NCBI GenBank assembly: GCA_963749915.1
Contig: CAVVOP010000021.1
Span: 448,001 to 512,000 of the forward strand
Length of the DNA: 64,000 bases
Direction: 5' to 3'
Source: an uncultured cyanobacterium
Lineage (GTDB): Bacteria; Cyanobacteriota; Cyanobacteriia; Cyanobacteriales; Cyanobacteriaceae
In this document: positions 10,508 through 21,281 of the stretch, one piece after another
Layout: each line of letters starts with the position of its first letter
Position numbering within the stretch: position 1 is the stretch's first letter
Made by a program: the position numbers and the translations under genes
Notes under the pieces: model-generated
Database searches by the model: none
What the model was told of the DNA's origin: nothing
What the model saw: only the letters and a program-made list of their open reading frames with translations

Positions 10508-10777
10508 ATTTGTCAAGATGTCTTCGGGACACAGAAAAAACTCAGGGGAAGGAGAATGTTACCATAGATACAGATTCGAGACAGAAACCGAATTTCGCAA
10601 CATGAATTGAATTCTGAGAAAGCTTTGGAGAGGTTTGACCAGCCTACTCCAATTTTTTTATCTAATATTACTCTCCTGACAATACTGCGGGGGTTTTGGA
10701 AAATATCAATGTGGTCGAGGGTAAGGCAGAAGGTAATAAATTCGTGAAAATTTTCTTTCTGAATTTTGAATTCTGAA

Positions 10778-10822
10778 TTTCCCTCCCAATAATGTTTTCG
10801 GCACGCAGGCGTGAGCAGTATT
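10778..10822 (-). repeat. Dispersed ~45-55-bp repeat, copy 2
   Basis: TTTCCCTCCCAATAATGTTTTCGGCACGC matches 310-338 at 27 of 29 positions. Confidence 0.85.
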
Positions 10823-11378
10823 ACCACCAGACTTGATTTGTTAAAAAAAAGTTAAATTAGATACAAACTTCAATTTTATTGTTATCATCAAATTAGTGAA
10901 TAGTTGTTGGTGAACAAACCAAAGAAGAAAAATAAAATCCGAATTGAGTGCAACAAACTTGCACTAGAACGAGGGGGTTCTAATCACTTGAAACCTAGTC
11001 GTTTAAAAAGGTATATGTTCATCGGTCTCTGGGAAGACAAATACCAGAGTGTCTGAAAATAAATACTAATAACCCATCAGGAAAATACTAGTCCCTATAC
11101 CCCTAAAAAAATTTTCTCTTCATCAGTTACTGCATAAATAAAGGGTTTAAGGGATTGAGTGCAATTCTAAGCAATCCAATAAAACTAACCGAGTACAAGT
11201 TTTAGCTTCAGTAAAAATCCGGATGATATAACTTCAATAACATCTCGAACGAATATCTGAATTCTAGACAGAGTAAATTTTCATCATTTATTTCTGGAAA
11301 GAAATTTAGAGTTTGAGAGCTTAGTTATTTTTTAATTTCTGTCTCAGTCCATATACCTTATTTACAGAAATCAATTCA

Positions 11379-12791
11379 ATGTCACCAACTATCAGCACTA
11401 CCCTAGCAGCAGAATCCAAGACTTCAAAAAGCTGTGGCTGTAGTTCTACTACACCCCAAAAAGTCGATCCCAAAATTCAAGAAAGGATCGAAAAACATCC
11501 TTGTTACAGTGAAGAAGCACACCACCACTATGCACGGATGCATGTGGCAGTAGCCCCAGCTTGTAACATTCAGTGTAATTATTGCAATCGCAAATATGAC
11601 TGTGCTAATGAAAGTCGTCCGGGGGTAGTTAGCGAACTACTCACTCCCGAAGAGGCAGCCCACAAAGTACTGGTAATTGGAGGGAAAATTCCCCAAATGA
11701 CAGTGTTGGGTATTGCAGGTCCTGGCGATCCTTTAGCGAATCCCCAACAAACCTTCCGTACTTTCGAATTAGTCGCTGATAAAGCACCAGATATCAAACT
11801 GTGCTTATCGACTAACGGGTTAATGCTTCCTGATCACGTTCAACGCATCAAAGATTTAAACGTAGATCACGTAACCATAACTATTAATATGGTTGATCCC
11901 AAAATAGGGACAAAAATCTATCCTTGGGTGCGCTATCAACGTAAACGTTGGAAAGGAGAAGAAGCATCTCAGTTGCTTCACGAGCGTCAGATGGAAGGCT
12001 TACAGGCACTGCAAGAAGCTGATATCCTCTGCAAAGTTAACTCGGTAATGATTCCCGGAATTAACGAAGAACACTTAGTTGAGGTAGATGAAGTAATTCG
12101 TTCTAAGGGTGCATTCTTACATAATATTATGCCCCTGATATCTGCCCCTGAACATGGTACTTATTTTGGCTTAACTGGACAGCGCGGACCGAACCCCAAA
12201 GAACTTAAAGCTTTACAAGACAAATGTTCTGGCAACATGAAGATGATGAGACACTGTCGTCAATGTCGTGCTGATGCGGTAGGTTTATTGGGTGAGGATC
12301 GTTCCCAAGAGTTTACTAAGGAAAAATTCTTAGAGATGACCCCGGAATATGACTTGGAAAAACGTCAAGAAGTTCATGCCGAGATTAAACAGACTAAAGA
12401 AGTCTTGAAGTCGGCTAAAGCTCGAAGAGCCACTGGGAAAAAACTTAGAGGAGAGAAAATCCTGTTGGCAGTAGCAACTAAAGGTGGTGGCTTAGTCAAT
12501 CAACACTTTGGTCATGCCAAGGAGTTTCAAATCTTTGAAGTTGATGGAGTAGACGTTAAATTTGTCGGACATCGTAAAGTTGATCATTACTGTCAGGGAG
12601 GTTATGGCGAAGATGCCACTTTAAAAAATATCATCGGTGCCATCTCCGATTGTAAAGCCGTACTTGCTTCTAAGATTGGGGATTGTCCTGAAGGAATGCT
12701 GCGCCAAGCTGGTGTAGAACCAATTCAAGGCTATGACATCATTGATAATTTGGCTTTAAATTTCTACAAACAGTTTAAACACCAGAAATAA
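11379..12791 (+). CDS. nifB: FeMo-cofactor biosynthesis radical SAM protein
   Basis: [31 protein letters not shown]-terminal NifX-like domain. Confidence 0.98.
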   Translation: MSPTISTTLAAESKTSKSCGCSSTTPQKVDPKIQERIEKHPCYSEEAHHHYARMHVAVAPACNIQCNYCNRKYDCANESRPGVVSELLTPEEAAHKVLVIGGKIPQMTVLGIAGPGDPLANPQQTFRTFELVADKAPDIKLCLSTNGLMLPDHVQRIKDLNVDHVTITINMVDPKIGTKIYPWVRYQRKRWKGEEASQLLHERQMEGLQALQEADILCKVNSVMIPGINEEHLVEVDEVIRSKGAFLHNIMPLISAPEHGTYFGLTGQRGPNPKELKALQDKCSGNMKMMRHCRQCRADAVGLLGEDRSQEFTKEKFLEMTPEYDLEKRQEVHAEIKQTKEVLKSAKARRATGKKLRGEKILLAVATKGGGLVNQHFGHAKEFQIFEVDGVDVKFVGHRKVDHYCQGGYGEDATLKNIIGAISDCKAVLASKIGDCPEGMLRQAGVEPIQGYDIIDNLALNFYKQFKHQK

Positions 12792-12804
12792 TTGGAGTAG
12801 AGCA

Positions 12805-13017
12805 ATGAATGTTACCATTACCCAGACTAACGAAAAAAGCGATCGCTATTGCCTTGAAGATTCCCCAGAACTAAAGACAAAACCATACTCGCCCTTGTTT
12901 TTAACTCATAATCTTTGTACTAATTGTCCCGACTATTACGACATACCTCCCTGTCAGACTGACTTTAGTGGTGACAGTGGTTGCTTTCCCGGCCTCGAAC
13001 TTCTAGATCACAATTAA
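12805..13017 (+). CDS. Small protein resembling half of a ferredoxin
   Basis: GGAG RBS; LCTNCPDYYDIPPC. Confidence 0.45.
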   Translation: MNVTITQTNEKSDRYCLEDSPELKTKPYSPLFLTHNLCTNCPDYYDIPPCQTDFSGDSGCFPGLELLDHN

Positions 13018-13031
13018 AGAGGATTCAGATT

Positions 13032-13394
13032 ATGACTTACAAGATCACTGAAAAATGTATAGCTTGTGCTAAATGCTTAACTCACTGTCCTACAGGATCA
13101 ATTGGCAAAAACGACCAGGGCAAATTCTCGATCAATCCCCTTCTTTGTAACGATTGTGTCGGCTCTTACGGAGTTGCCCAATGTATGGCAGGTTGTCCTA
13201 CCTCTCAAGGTTGTACTCCCGCAATCCCGGGTTTGATTAATTTGGCTTCTCAGACTACGGATAAATATTGGGATAACTGGTTCACAACTTATGAGTATCT
13301 GATTCTCAGGCTTAAGGCCAAAAAAGAAAATCCCTATTGGCAAAATTGGTTTGATCTTTATGCACAAAAATTAGACCACTTAATACATACTTAG
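13032..13394 (+). CDS. fdxN: 2[4Fe-4S] ferredoxin FdxN
   Basis: CIACAKCLTHCP and CNDCVG..QCMAGCP; lies between nifB and nifS. Confidence 0.88.
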   Translation: MTYKITEKCIACAKCLTHCPTGSIGKNDQGKFSINPLLCNDCVGSYGVAQCMAGCPTSQGCTPAIPGLINLASQTTDKYWDNWFTTYEYLILRLKAKKENPYWQNWFDLYAQKLDHLIHT

Positions 13395-13453
13395 AAATTT
13401 ATTAATTGAACAACTCAAGGAATATTAGATTCGTGTTAATTCAGGAGAAAGCA

Positions 13454-14662
13454 ATGAACGACTGCATTTATCTCGACAATAATGCCACAACCAAAATAGA
13501 TGAAGATGTTTTAGCCGCAATGCTACCTTATCTCACTATGTATTACGGAAATCCTTCGAGTATGCATACTTTTGGAGGACAAGTCGGGCAAACTATCCGC
13601 CAAGCCAGAACTCAAGTAGCCTCTCTGTTGGGAGCAGAAGAGTCAGAAATTATCTTTACCAGTTGCGGTACAGAGGGAGATAATGCAGCCATTCTTGCCG
13701 CACTGAAAGCTCAACCGAATAAGAAAAACATTATTACTACCGAAGTCGAGCATCCAGCGATTTTAAACCTATGCCGAAAACTGGAAAAAGAAGGTTATAA
13801 CGTTACCTATCTTTCCGTTAATAGTAAAGGACAAATCGATCTTGACGAATTACAAGCCTCCATAACAGGGAACACGGCAGTAGTTTCTGTCATGTACGCA
13901 AACAATGAAACTGGTGTAATCTTCCCCATCGAACAAATTGGGCAAATAGTTAAAGAATATGGTGCAATCTTTCATGTTGATGCTGTGCAAGCGGTGGGAA
14001 AAATTCCCTTAAACATGAAAACCAGTACCATTGACTTGTTAACCTTATCTGGTCATAAAATTCATGCTCCTAAGGGAATTGGTGCTTTATATGTTCGTAA
14101 AGGTGTTAGATTCCGTCCTTTATTAATTGGTGGACATCAAGAAAGAGGACGTAGAGGTGGAACTGAGAACGTTGCTGGTATAGTTGCACTGGGGAAAGCC
14201 GCCGAACTGGCACAGGAGCATCTAACCGATATTGATCAAGAAAAACAGCTACGAGATAAGCTGGAACAGGGTATTCTTTCCGCCATTCCCAACACCGCAG
14301 TTAACGGCGATCGAGTTAATCGATTACCCAATACAACTAATATCGGCTTTAAATATATCGAAGGGGAAGCAATTTTACTTTCTCTTGATCAATATGGCAT
14401 CTGTGCTTCTTCGGGTTCAGCTTGTAGTTCTGGCTCTTTAGAACCCTCTCATGTTCTCAGAGCTTTGGGACTGCCCTATAGTGTACTACACGGTTCGATT
14501 CGTTTTAGTTTATCCCGTTTTACCACGGAAGCAGAAATTGACGAAGTTCTTAAAATTCTACCTCCAGTTATTAATCGTCTGCGGGAAATGTCACCCTTTA
14601 ACAGCGATGATGCTGATTGGCTTAAAGAACAAGAACAAGCATTGCTTGCGGGTGTCAGGTAG
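13454..14662 (+). CDS. nifS: Cysteine desulfurase
   Basis: YLDNNATT, SGHKIH, SSGSACSSGSLEPSHVL. Confidence 0.97.
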   Translation: MNDCIYLDNNATTKIDEDVLAAMLPYLTMYYGNPSSMHTFGGQVGQTIRQARTQVASLLGAEESEIIFTSCGTEGDNAAILAALKAQPNKKNIITTEVEHPAILNLCRKLEKEGYNVTYLSVNSKGQIDLDELQASITGNTAVVSVMYANNETGVIFPIEQIGQIVKEYGAIFHVDAVQAVGKIPLNMKTSTIDLLTLSGHKIHAPKGIGALYVRKGVRFRPLLIGGHQERGRRGGTENVAGIVALGKAAELAQEHLTDIDQEKQLRDKLEQGILSAIPNTAVNGDRVNRLPNTTNIGFKYIEGEAILLSLDQYGICASSGSACSSGSLEPSHVLRALGLPYSVLHGSIRFSLSRFTTEAEIDEVLKILPPVINRLREMSPFNSDDADWLKEQEQALLAGVR

Positions 14663-14675
14663 TTTTTCACGCCCT

Positions 14676-14748
14676 CAGGTTAAAGTGCCTGTTCTCCATC
14701 ACTAACATTTATGCTCACAGGTTAAAATGCCTGTTCTCCATAACCAAC
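14676..14748 (+). repeat. Two 31-bp direct repeats with 42-bp period
   Basis: CAGGTTAAARTGCCTGTTCTCCATMACYAAC at 14676 and 14718. Confidence 0.85.
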
Positions 14749-14779
14749 TAACTAAATTACTAGCTACTAAGAAAAGAAA

Positions 14780-15691
14780 ATGTGGGACTATACAGACAAA
14801 GTAATGGAACACTTCTACAATCCTCGTAATCAAGGCAAGATTACGGAGAAGCAACAAGGAGAAGAAATTGTCACGGGAGAAGTCGGCAGTATTGCCTGTG
14901 GAGATGCTCTTAAACTGCACCTCAAAATTGACGAAGCGTCTCAAATCATTAAAGATGCTCGCTTCCAAACCTTTGGTTGCGCTAGTGCCATCGCCTCCTC
15001 TTCTGCCCTGACCGAATTGCTGAAAGGCAGAAAAGTAGAAGAAGCTCTACAACTAACTAACAAAGAAATTGCCGAATCTCTGGGAGGACTGCCCGAAGAG
15101 AAAATGCACTGTTCGGTAATGGGACAAGAAGCTCTAGAAGCTGCTATTTACAAATACAAAGGGATTACTATTGAAACCCATGAAGAAGATGAAGGAACTC
15201 TTATTTGTCGCTGTTTCGGCGTCACCGATACCAGAATTAAAAGAATTATTCGCGAGAATAATCTTACGACTGCGGAACAAGTTACTAACTATGTTAAAGC
15301 CGGTGGTGGATGTAGTTCGTGTTTACCAGATATCGACGATCTGCTCTATGAAATTACCACCGAGAAGGAAAAAAGCCTGGAGGTGGCAACAGAAGATTTG
15401 GCAAACGGCCATTCTCTACCAGTATCATTCCCCACTACTCAAACCCCAAAACTCCTAACTAATCTACAAAAGATTACCTTGATTCAAGGAGTAATCGACT
15501 CAGAAATTCGACCAATTTTAGCGGAAGATGGCGGCGATATTGAGCTATTCGACGTAGAAGGAGATAGGGTTAAAGTCATCCTCAAGGGTGCTTGTAATGG
15601 CTGTGCTTCTTCCACTGAAACTTTAAAATTTGCCATCGAAGCGACTCTCAAAGAACGGGTTTTACCCACTCTCTTGGTTGAAGCTGTCTGA
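14780..15691 (+). CDS. nifU: Fe-S scaffold NifU
   Basis: ACGD, FGCASAIAS, KMHCSV, CRC..GGCSSC, C-terminal Nfu GACNGC. Confidence 0.97.
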   Translation: MWDYTDKVMEHFYNPRNQGKITEKQQGEEIVTGEVGSIACGDALKLHLKIDEASQIIKDARFQTFGCASAIASSSALTELLKGRKVEEALQLTNKEIAESLGGLPEEKMHCSVMGQEALEAAIYKYKGITIETHEEDEGTLICRCFGVTDTRIKRIIRENNLTTAEQVTNYVKAGGGCSSCLPDIDDLLYEITTEKEKSLEVATEDLANGHSLPVSFPTTQTPKLLTNLQKITLIQGVIDSEIRPILAEDGGDIELFDVEGDRVKVILKGACNGCASSTETLKFAIEATLKERVLPTLLVEAV

Positions 15692-16159
15692 TGAAATGCA
15701 GAATGCGGAATGCGGAATGCAAAAGCCTTCCACCACAATTTATTCAACTACTAATTGCTAAAAAATGTTTTTCCTTTACCCCCACGATTACGGAGAGCGA
15801 TCTCCTCCAAAGCTTCACTCAGATCAGGATTAAAGATTGGCATCTTGTCAAGATGAACCCTTCGCCGGGAACGGAATTTCCCAGTAACACTAACTATCAA
15901 TCATCTGAACCTGGTTGCTCTCGACAATCCTGTGCCCTTGAGACTCAAACACTTGTTTAATCTATTATTTTCAGCAGAAATTGCCTCCAAGATTGAACAA
16001 ACCTAATCCATTCAGATCATCTCATCGTAACAGCTAAGAAATAAGGGTTCGTAGGGACGAAATTCCCCAGACTAAATATTACCAAACTCAGATTATTCTT
16101 ACTGAGCGGGATCTGAAATTGATTCAAGTATTGATTTCCATTAACCTTTAATAATTTAA

Positions 16160-17050
<891 letters not shown>

Positions 17051-17198
17051 CTTAGTTAACAGTGACCAGTCCACAGTAAACAGTGAAAAAAACTAAACGT
17101 AAATCGATTACTTACTATTTACTCAATAACTATTAGCTGAATAACTGGTCACTGATAATTGATAACTGAATAACTGATAAATTATACCGGAGAATATC

Positions 17199-18650
17199 AT
17201 GGCAACAACTGTAGAACAAAATAAAGAGCTGATTAAAGAGGTACTAGAAGCCTATCCCGAAAAGGCGGCTAAAAAACGCGAAAAACACCTCGGTGTTTAC
17301 GAAGAAGGTAATTCTGATTGTGGTGTCAAGTCCAATAAAAAATCTGTCCCTGGAGTAATGACCACCCGTGGTTGTGCCTATGCCGGAGCAAAAGGGGTAG
17401 TTTGGGGACCAGTTAAAGACATGATTCACGTCAGTCACGGGCCTGTAGGTTGCGGTTACTATTCCTGGTCTGGTCGTCGTAATTACTATGTTGGTACCAC
17501 TGGAGTTGATACTTTCGGGACCATGCAGTTTACTTCCGATTTCCAAGAAAGAGATATTGTCTTCGGTGGTGACAAAAAACTGGCCAAACTAATTGATGAA
17601 TTGGAAATTCTCTTCCCCTTAAGCCAAGGTACTACTATTGAATCTGAATGTCCTATAGGCTTAATTGGAGATGACATTGAAGCTGTGGCTCGCAAGAAAG
17701 CTAAAGACTCTGGCAAGCCTGTAGTTCCTGTACGTTGTGAAGGCTTCCGGGGTGTTTCTCAATCTTTGGGACACCACATTGCTAACGATACTGTTCGTGA
17801 CTGGGTATTACCTAAAGCTGATGAATATCGTAAGCTCCCTGAAGGCTTTGAATCAAGTCCCTATGATGTTAATATAATCGGTGACTATAACATTGGTGGT
17901 GATGCTTGGCCTAGCCGCAGACTCCTTGAAGCCATCGGTTTACGAGTAATTAGCCAATTCTCTGGAGATGGTAGCTTTAATGAAACCGTAATGACTCCTC
18001 TGGCTAAACTCAACTTAATCCACTGTTATCGTTCCATGAACTACCTCTGTCGTCATATGGAGGAAAAGTACGGTATTCCTTGGCTAGAGTATAATTTCTT
18101 TGGACCTACCCAAATTGCTAAATCTCTACGGAAGATTGCCGCTCAGTTCGATGAAACCATTCAGGAAAAAGCCGAACAAGTAATTGCTGAACATCAGGCT
18201 CAAATGGATGCGATCGTTGAGAAGTTTGGTCCTCGCCTCAAAGGTAAGAAAGTAATGATGATGGTAGGTGGACTACGCCCTCGTCACGTAATCCCAGCCT
18301 TTGACGACTTAGGGATGAATGTAATCGGTACTGGTTATGAATTCGGTCATGGAGACGATTATAAACGTACCGCTGATTATACCCAAGATGGCACCGTTAT
18401 CTATGATGATGTCAGTGGCCATGAGTTCGAGGAATTCGCTAAACAGCTAAATCCCGACTTAATTGCCGCCGGAATTAAAGAAAAATATGTCTTCCAGAAA
18501 ATGGCTTTGCCTTTCCGTCAGATGCACTCTTGGGATTACTCAGGTCCTTACCACGGTTATGAAGGTTTTGCTGTGTTCGCTCGTGACATGGATTTAGCGA
18601 TCAACAACCCCACTTGGGATTTAGTTAAAAATCCTTGGGAAACCAAGTAG
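17199..18650 (+). CDS. nifD: Nitrogenase MoFe protein alpha chain, uninterrupted
   Basis: [31 protein letters not shown]. Confidence 0.99.
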   Translation: MATTVEQNKELIKEVLEAYPEKAAKKREKHLGVYEEGNSDCGVKSNKKSVPGVMTTRGCAYAGAKGVVWGPVKDMIHVSHGPVGCGYYSWSGRRNYYVGTTGVDTFGTMQFTSDFQERDIVFGGDKKLAKLIDELEILFPLSQGTTIESECPIGLIGDDIEAVARKKAKDSGKPVVPVRCEGFRGVSQSLGHHIANDTVRDWVLPKADEYRKLPEGFESSPYDVNIIGDYNIGGDAWPSRRLLEAIGLRVISQFSGDGSFNETVMTPLAKLNLIHCYRSMNYLCRHMEEKYGIPWLEYNFFGPTQIAKSLRKIAAQFDETIQEKAEQVIAEHQAQMDAIVEKFGPRLKGKKVMMMVGGLRPRHVIPAFDDLGMNVIGTGYEFGHGDDYKRTADYTQDGTVIYDDVSGHEFEEFAKQLNPDLIAAGIKEKYVFQKMALPFRQMHSWDYSGPYHGYEGFAVFARDMDLAINNPTWDLVKNPWETK

Positions 18651-18839
18651 GAATCAATACTGTTCGGTTAGCCCCAAATTTGAAGTAAGTATTTTCCTTC
18701 GTCTTTCATTATCAAGCATTTGTGATTACTCGTATTTATTTGAGAGCCAAAACAAAAAATAAGTAATTTAAGGACGAAGGATTCAGAAAAAAACAAATTA
18801 GCCACAATTAAATAATATTTCAAACAGAGGAAGAGCATC

Positions 18840-20408
18840 ATGACTCAAAATACTGAAAATAATGTAACTGCACCCGTTTCAGAACCCGGTGTCATTCAAG
18901 ATCACTTCGATTTATTTCAAACCGATACTTATCAAGACTTATTTGAATACAAACGTCAGTTTGAAGGCGCCCACAGTAAGGAAGAAGTAGCGAGAATTGC
19001 CGAATGGACCAAAACCTGGGATTATCGTGAGAAAAACTTTAGCCGCGAAGCCCTAACTGTCAACCCAGCCAAAGCTTGTCAACCTCTAGGTTCTCTCTTT
19101 GTGGCTGCTGGTTTTGAAGGAACTTTACCCTACTCTCATGGTTCTCAAGGTTGCGTTGCCTATTTCCGTACTCACCTAACCCGTAATTTTAAAGAACCCT
19201 TTCAAGCGGTTTCTTCCTCCATGACTGAGGATGCAGCGGTATTCGGCGGACTCAAAAATATGATCGAGGGGCTGGCAAACTCCTATGCCCTCTACAAACC
19301 TAAAATGATTGCCCTGTGTACTACCTGTATGGCTGAGGTAATCGGTGATGACTTGGGTGCATTTATTCAAACCTCGAAAAATGAAGGCTCTATTCCCCAA
19401 GATTTTCCTGTTCCCTATGCTCACACTCCTAGCTTTGTTGGCTCTCACATTACTGGTTACGACAATATGCTAAAAGGTATTCTGGAGTGTCTGACCGAAG
19501 GTAAGAAACAAGAAACCACTAACGGTAAGTATAATTTTAATTTGGGCTTTGATGCTTATGTTGGCAATACTCGTGAACTAAAACGAATTCTCCAATTATT
19601 TGAGCTCGATTACACCATTCTCTCGGATAATTCCGATGCCTTTGATTCTCCTAACACTGGTGAGTTCCAAATGTATAATGGTCTAACCAAACTGGAAGAT
19701 GCTGCCGATTCAATTAACGCCGAAGGTACTTTCTTCTTCCAAAAATACACTACCCCTAAAACTCGGAGTTATATCGAAAAAGATTGGGGACAACAAACCT
19801 TTAATTTCCGTCCTTTTGGCATTCGTGGTACTGATGAGTTTCTGACTAAATTATCGGAAATTACTGGTAAGCCTGTACCGCAAGAATTAGTAGCAGAAAG
19901 AGGTCGTGCTGTTGATGCTATTACTGATTCCCAAGCTTGGATTCACGGCAAACGCATTGCTCTTTACGGCGATCCTGATCATGTATTTGGTTTAGTTAAC
20001 TTCTTACTAGAATTGGGTGCAGAGCCAGTACATATCGTTGTTACCAACAGCAACCCTGAATTTGAAGAGGAATTGCAAGCTGTTTTAGATGCTAGTCCTT
20101 ACGGAAAAGATGCCACTATCTGGGGGAAAAAAGACCTCTGGCACTTACGCAGTTTATTATTTACTGAACCAGTAGATCTCATTATTGGCAACTCTTACGG
20201 TAAGTATCTCTGGCGTGATACCCATACTCCTTTAGTGCGCATCGGCTATCCCATCTTCGATCGTCATCATATGCACCGCTATGAAACTTTAGGTTATCGG
20301 GGAGCTCTCAACCTCCATAACTGGATTATTAATACCATCCTCGACGAACTCGATCGCCAGACTATCATTCCGGCGAAAACTGATATTTCTTTCGATCTAA
20401 TTCGTTAA
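18840..20408 (+). CDS. nifK: Nitrogenase MoFe protein beta chain
   Basis: NPAKACQP, HGSQGC, TTCMAEVIGDD, GYPIFDR, terminal FDLIR. Confidence 0.99.
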   Translation: MTQNTENNVTAPVSEPGVIQDHFDLFQTDTYQDLFEYKRQFEGAHSKEEVARIAEWTKTWDYREKNFSREALTVNPAKACQPLGSLFVAAGFEGTLPYSHGSQGCVAYFRTHLTRNFKEPFQAVSSSMTEDAAVFGGLKNMIEGLANSYALYKPKMIALCTTCMAEVIGDDLGAFIQTSKNEGSIPQDFPVPYAHTPSFVGSHITGYDNMLKGILECLTEGKKQETTNGKYNFNLGFDAYVGNTRELKRILQLFELDYTILSDNSDAFDSPNTGEFQMYNGLTKLEDAADSINAEGTFFFQKYTTPKTRSYIEKDWGQQTFNFRPFGIRGTDEFLTKLSEITGKPVPQELVAERGRAVDAITDSQAWIHGKRIALYGDPDHVFGLVNFLLELGAEPVHIVVTNSNPEFEEELQAVLDASPYGKDATIWGKKDLWHLRSLLFTEPVDLIIGNSYGKYLWRDTHTPLVRIGYPIFDRHHMHRYETLGYRGALNLHNWIINTILDELDRQTIIPAKTDISFDLIR

Positions 20409-20430
20409 TCAATCACATTTCTCTGTAAAT

Positions 20431-20533
20431 GTAGGGTGGGCATTGCCCACCTTATGTCCGAACTTTCCTAAGTGGTTACAAGAGCGTGATTCGATAGCAG
20501 ATTTTGTTGGGTTTCTTGCCTCAACCCAACCTG
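20431..20533. repeat. Pair of REP-like palindromes after nifK
   Basis: GTAGGGTGGGCATTGCCCACC and GTTGGGTT..TCAACCCAACCT. Confidence 0.6.
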
Positions 20534-20562
20534 CAATATTTAAATCTTCAAGGAGGAGAATA

Positions 20563-20826
20563 ATGAAATTAGGTGAAGTGGAACTCGATCAAGAACCAGC
20601 TTTTGAGCTTGATACTAAAGTTAGAGTCCTTAAAAAAATTCGCAATGATGGTACTTTCCCTGGCAAGCAAATTGGTGAAACTCTAGCTAACAAAGGAGAT
20701 GAAGGATACATCATTTCTATTGGTACATACTTGCAAACTGCTTACATCTATTCGGTTCATTTTCTGGAAAATGGAAATGTCGTAGGTTGCCTAGGGAAAG
20801 AACTAGAATTAGTTACTGAAAACTGA
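20563..20826 (+). CDS. nifZ: NifZ
   Basis: IRNDGTFPG, GTYLQ..IYSVHF; start after AGGAGG. Confidence 0.92.
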   Translation: MKLGEVELDQEPAFELDTKVRVLKKIRNDGTFPGKQIGETLANKGDEGYIISIGTYLQTAYIYSVHFLENGNVVGCLGKELELVTEN

Positions 20827-20834
20827 AGAAAATT

Positions 20835-21149
20835 ATGTTTACTTATCCCGAAAATCATCCTAACTCCCTAACTAAAACCAAAAAATTTCCCCTCGATCCT
20901 TTCTATCCCTTACGATGTTGGGTAGATAATATCGAAGTAAATAACGAAAAATTTGCTCGTTTTCTTTGTAATTTAATTCCCTGTACCTGTCCTTTTGAAA
21001 GGGATGTAACTATCTGGGGAAAAACCTTTCATATTCCTGCTTTGTGTAAACTCAACCCTCTCTATAAAGAGGTTGTCAATTTGCGCTTCCGTGCTCTTAT
21101 TTATTTAGAAGGCGATTGTGGGCAGGATATTGGCCAATATATTTGTTAA
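20835..21149 (+). CDS. Mo-dependent nitrogenase C-terminal-domain family protein
   Basis: IPCTCPFERD, HIPALCKLNPLY, LRFRAL. Confidence 0.85.
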   Translation: MFTYPENHPNSLTKTKKFPLDPFYPLRCWVDNIEVNNEKFARFLCNLIPCTCPFERDVTIWGKTFHIPALCKLNPLYKEVVNLRFRALIYLEGDCGQDIGQYIC

Positions 21150-21151
21150 CA

Positions 21152-21180
21152 ATTACGAATTACGAATTACGAATTACGAA
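21152..21180 (+). repeat. Heptamer short tandem repeat (ATTACGA)n
   Basis: Four tandem copies visible. Confidence 0.85.
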
Positions 21181-21281
21181 TGAGTAGGACAAAATGTTTA
21201 GATTTCTAAAATCTAAAGCTTGTAGTGAGCGAAGCGAATCCAGCCAAAATCGAAAATCCAAAATCTAAAATCTAAAATCCC

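Larger units (their letters stand above)
10239..11276. promoter_or_regulatory. Divergent nifP/nifB promoter region with CnfR(PatB)-type TGAGT(A/G)C-like boxes
   Basis: Minus-strand boxes at 10366-10372 and 10438-10444 (TGAGTAC) plus variants at 10239, 10456, 10538; plus-strand boxes at 10945 and 11156 (TGAGTGC) and 11190 (CGAGTAC). Confidence 0.65.

Noticed and set aside
10246..10827. Short ORFs in the nifP/nifB spacer
   Set aside because: No motifs or clear RBS; they overlap regulatory boxes and a repeat
14676..14748. Mini CRISPR array
   Set aside because: Only two repeats with an 11-bp gap and no cas genes
15691..15960. 89-aa ORF after nifU
   Set aside because: Begins in an AATGCGG tandem repeat, has no recognisable motif and overlaps the structured spacer
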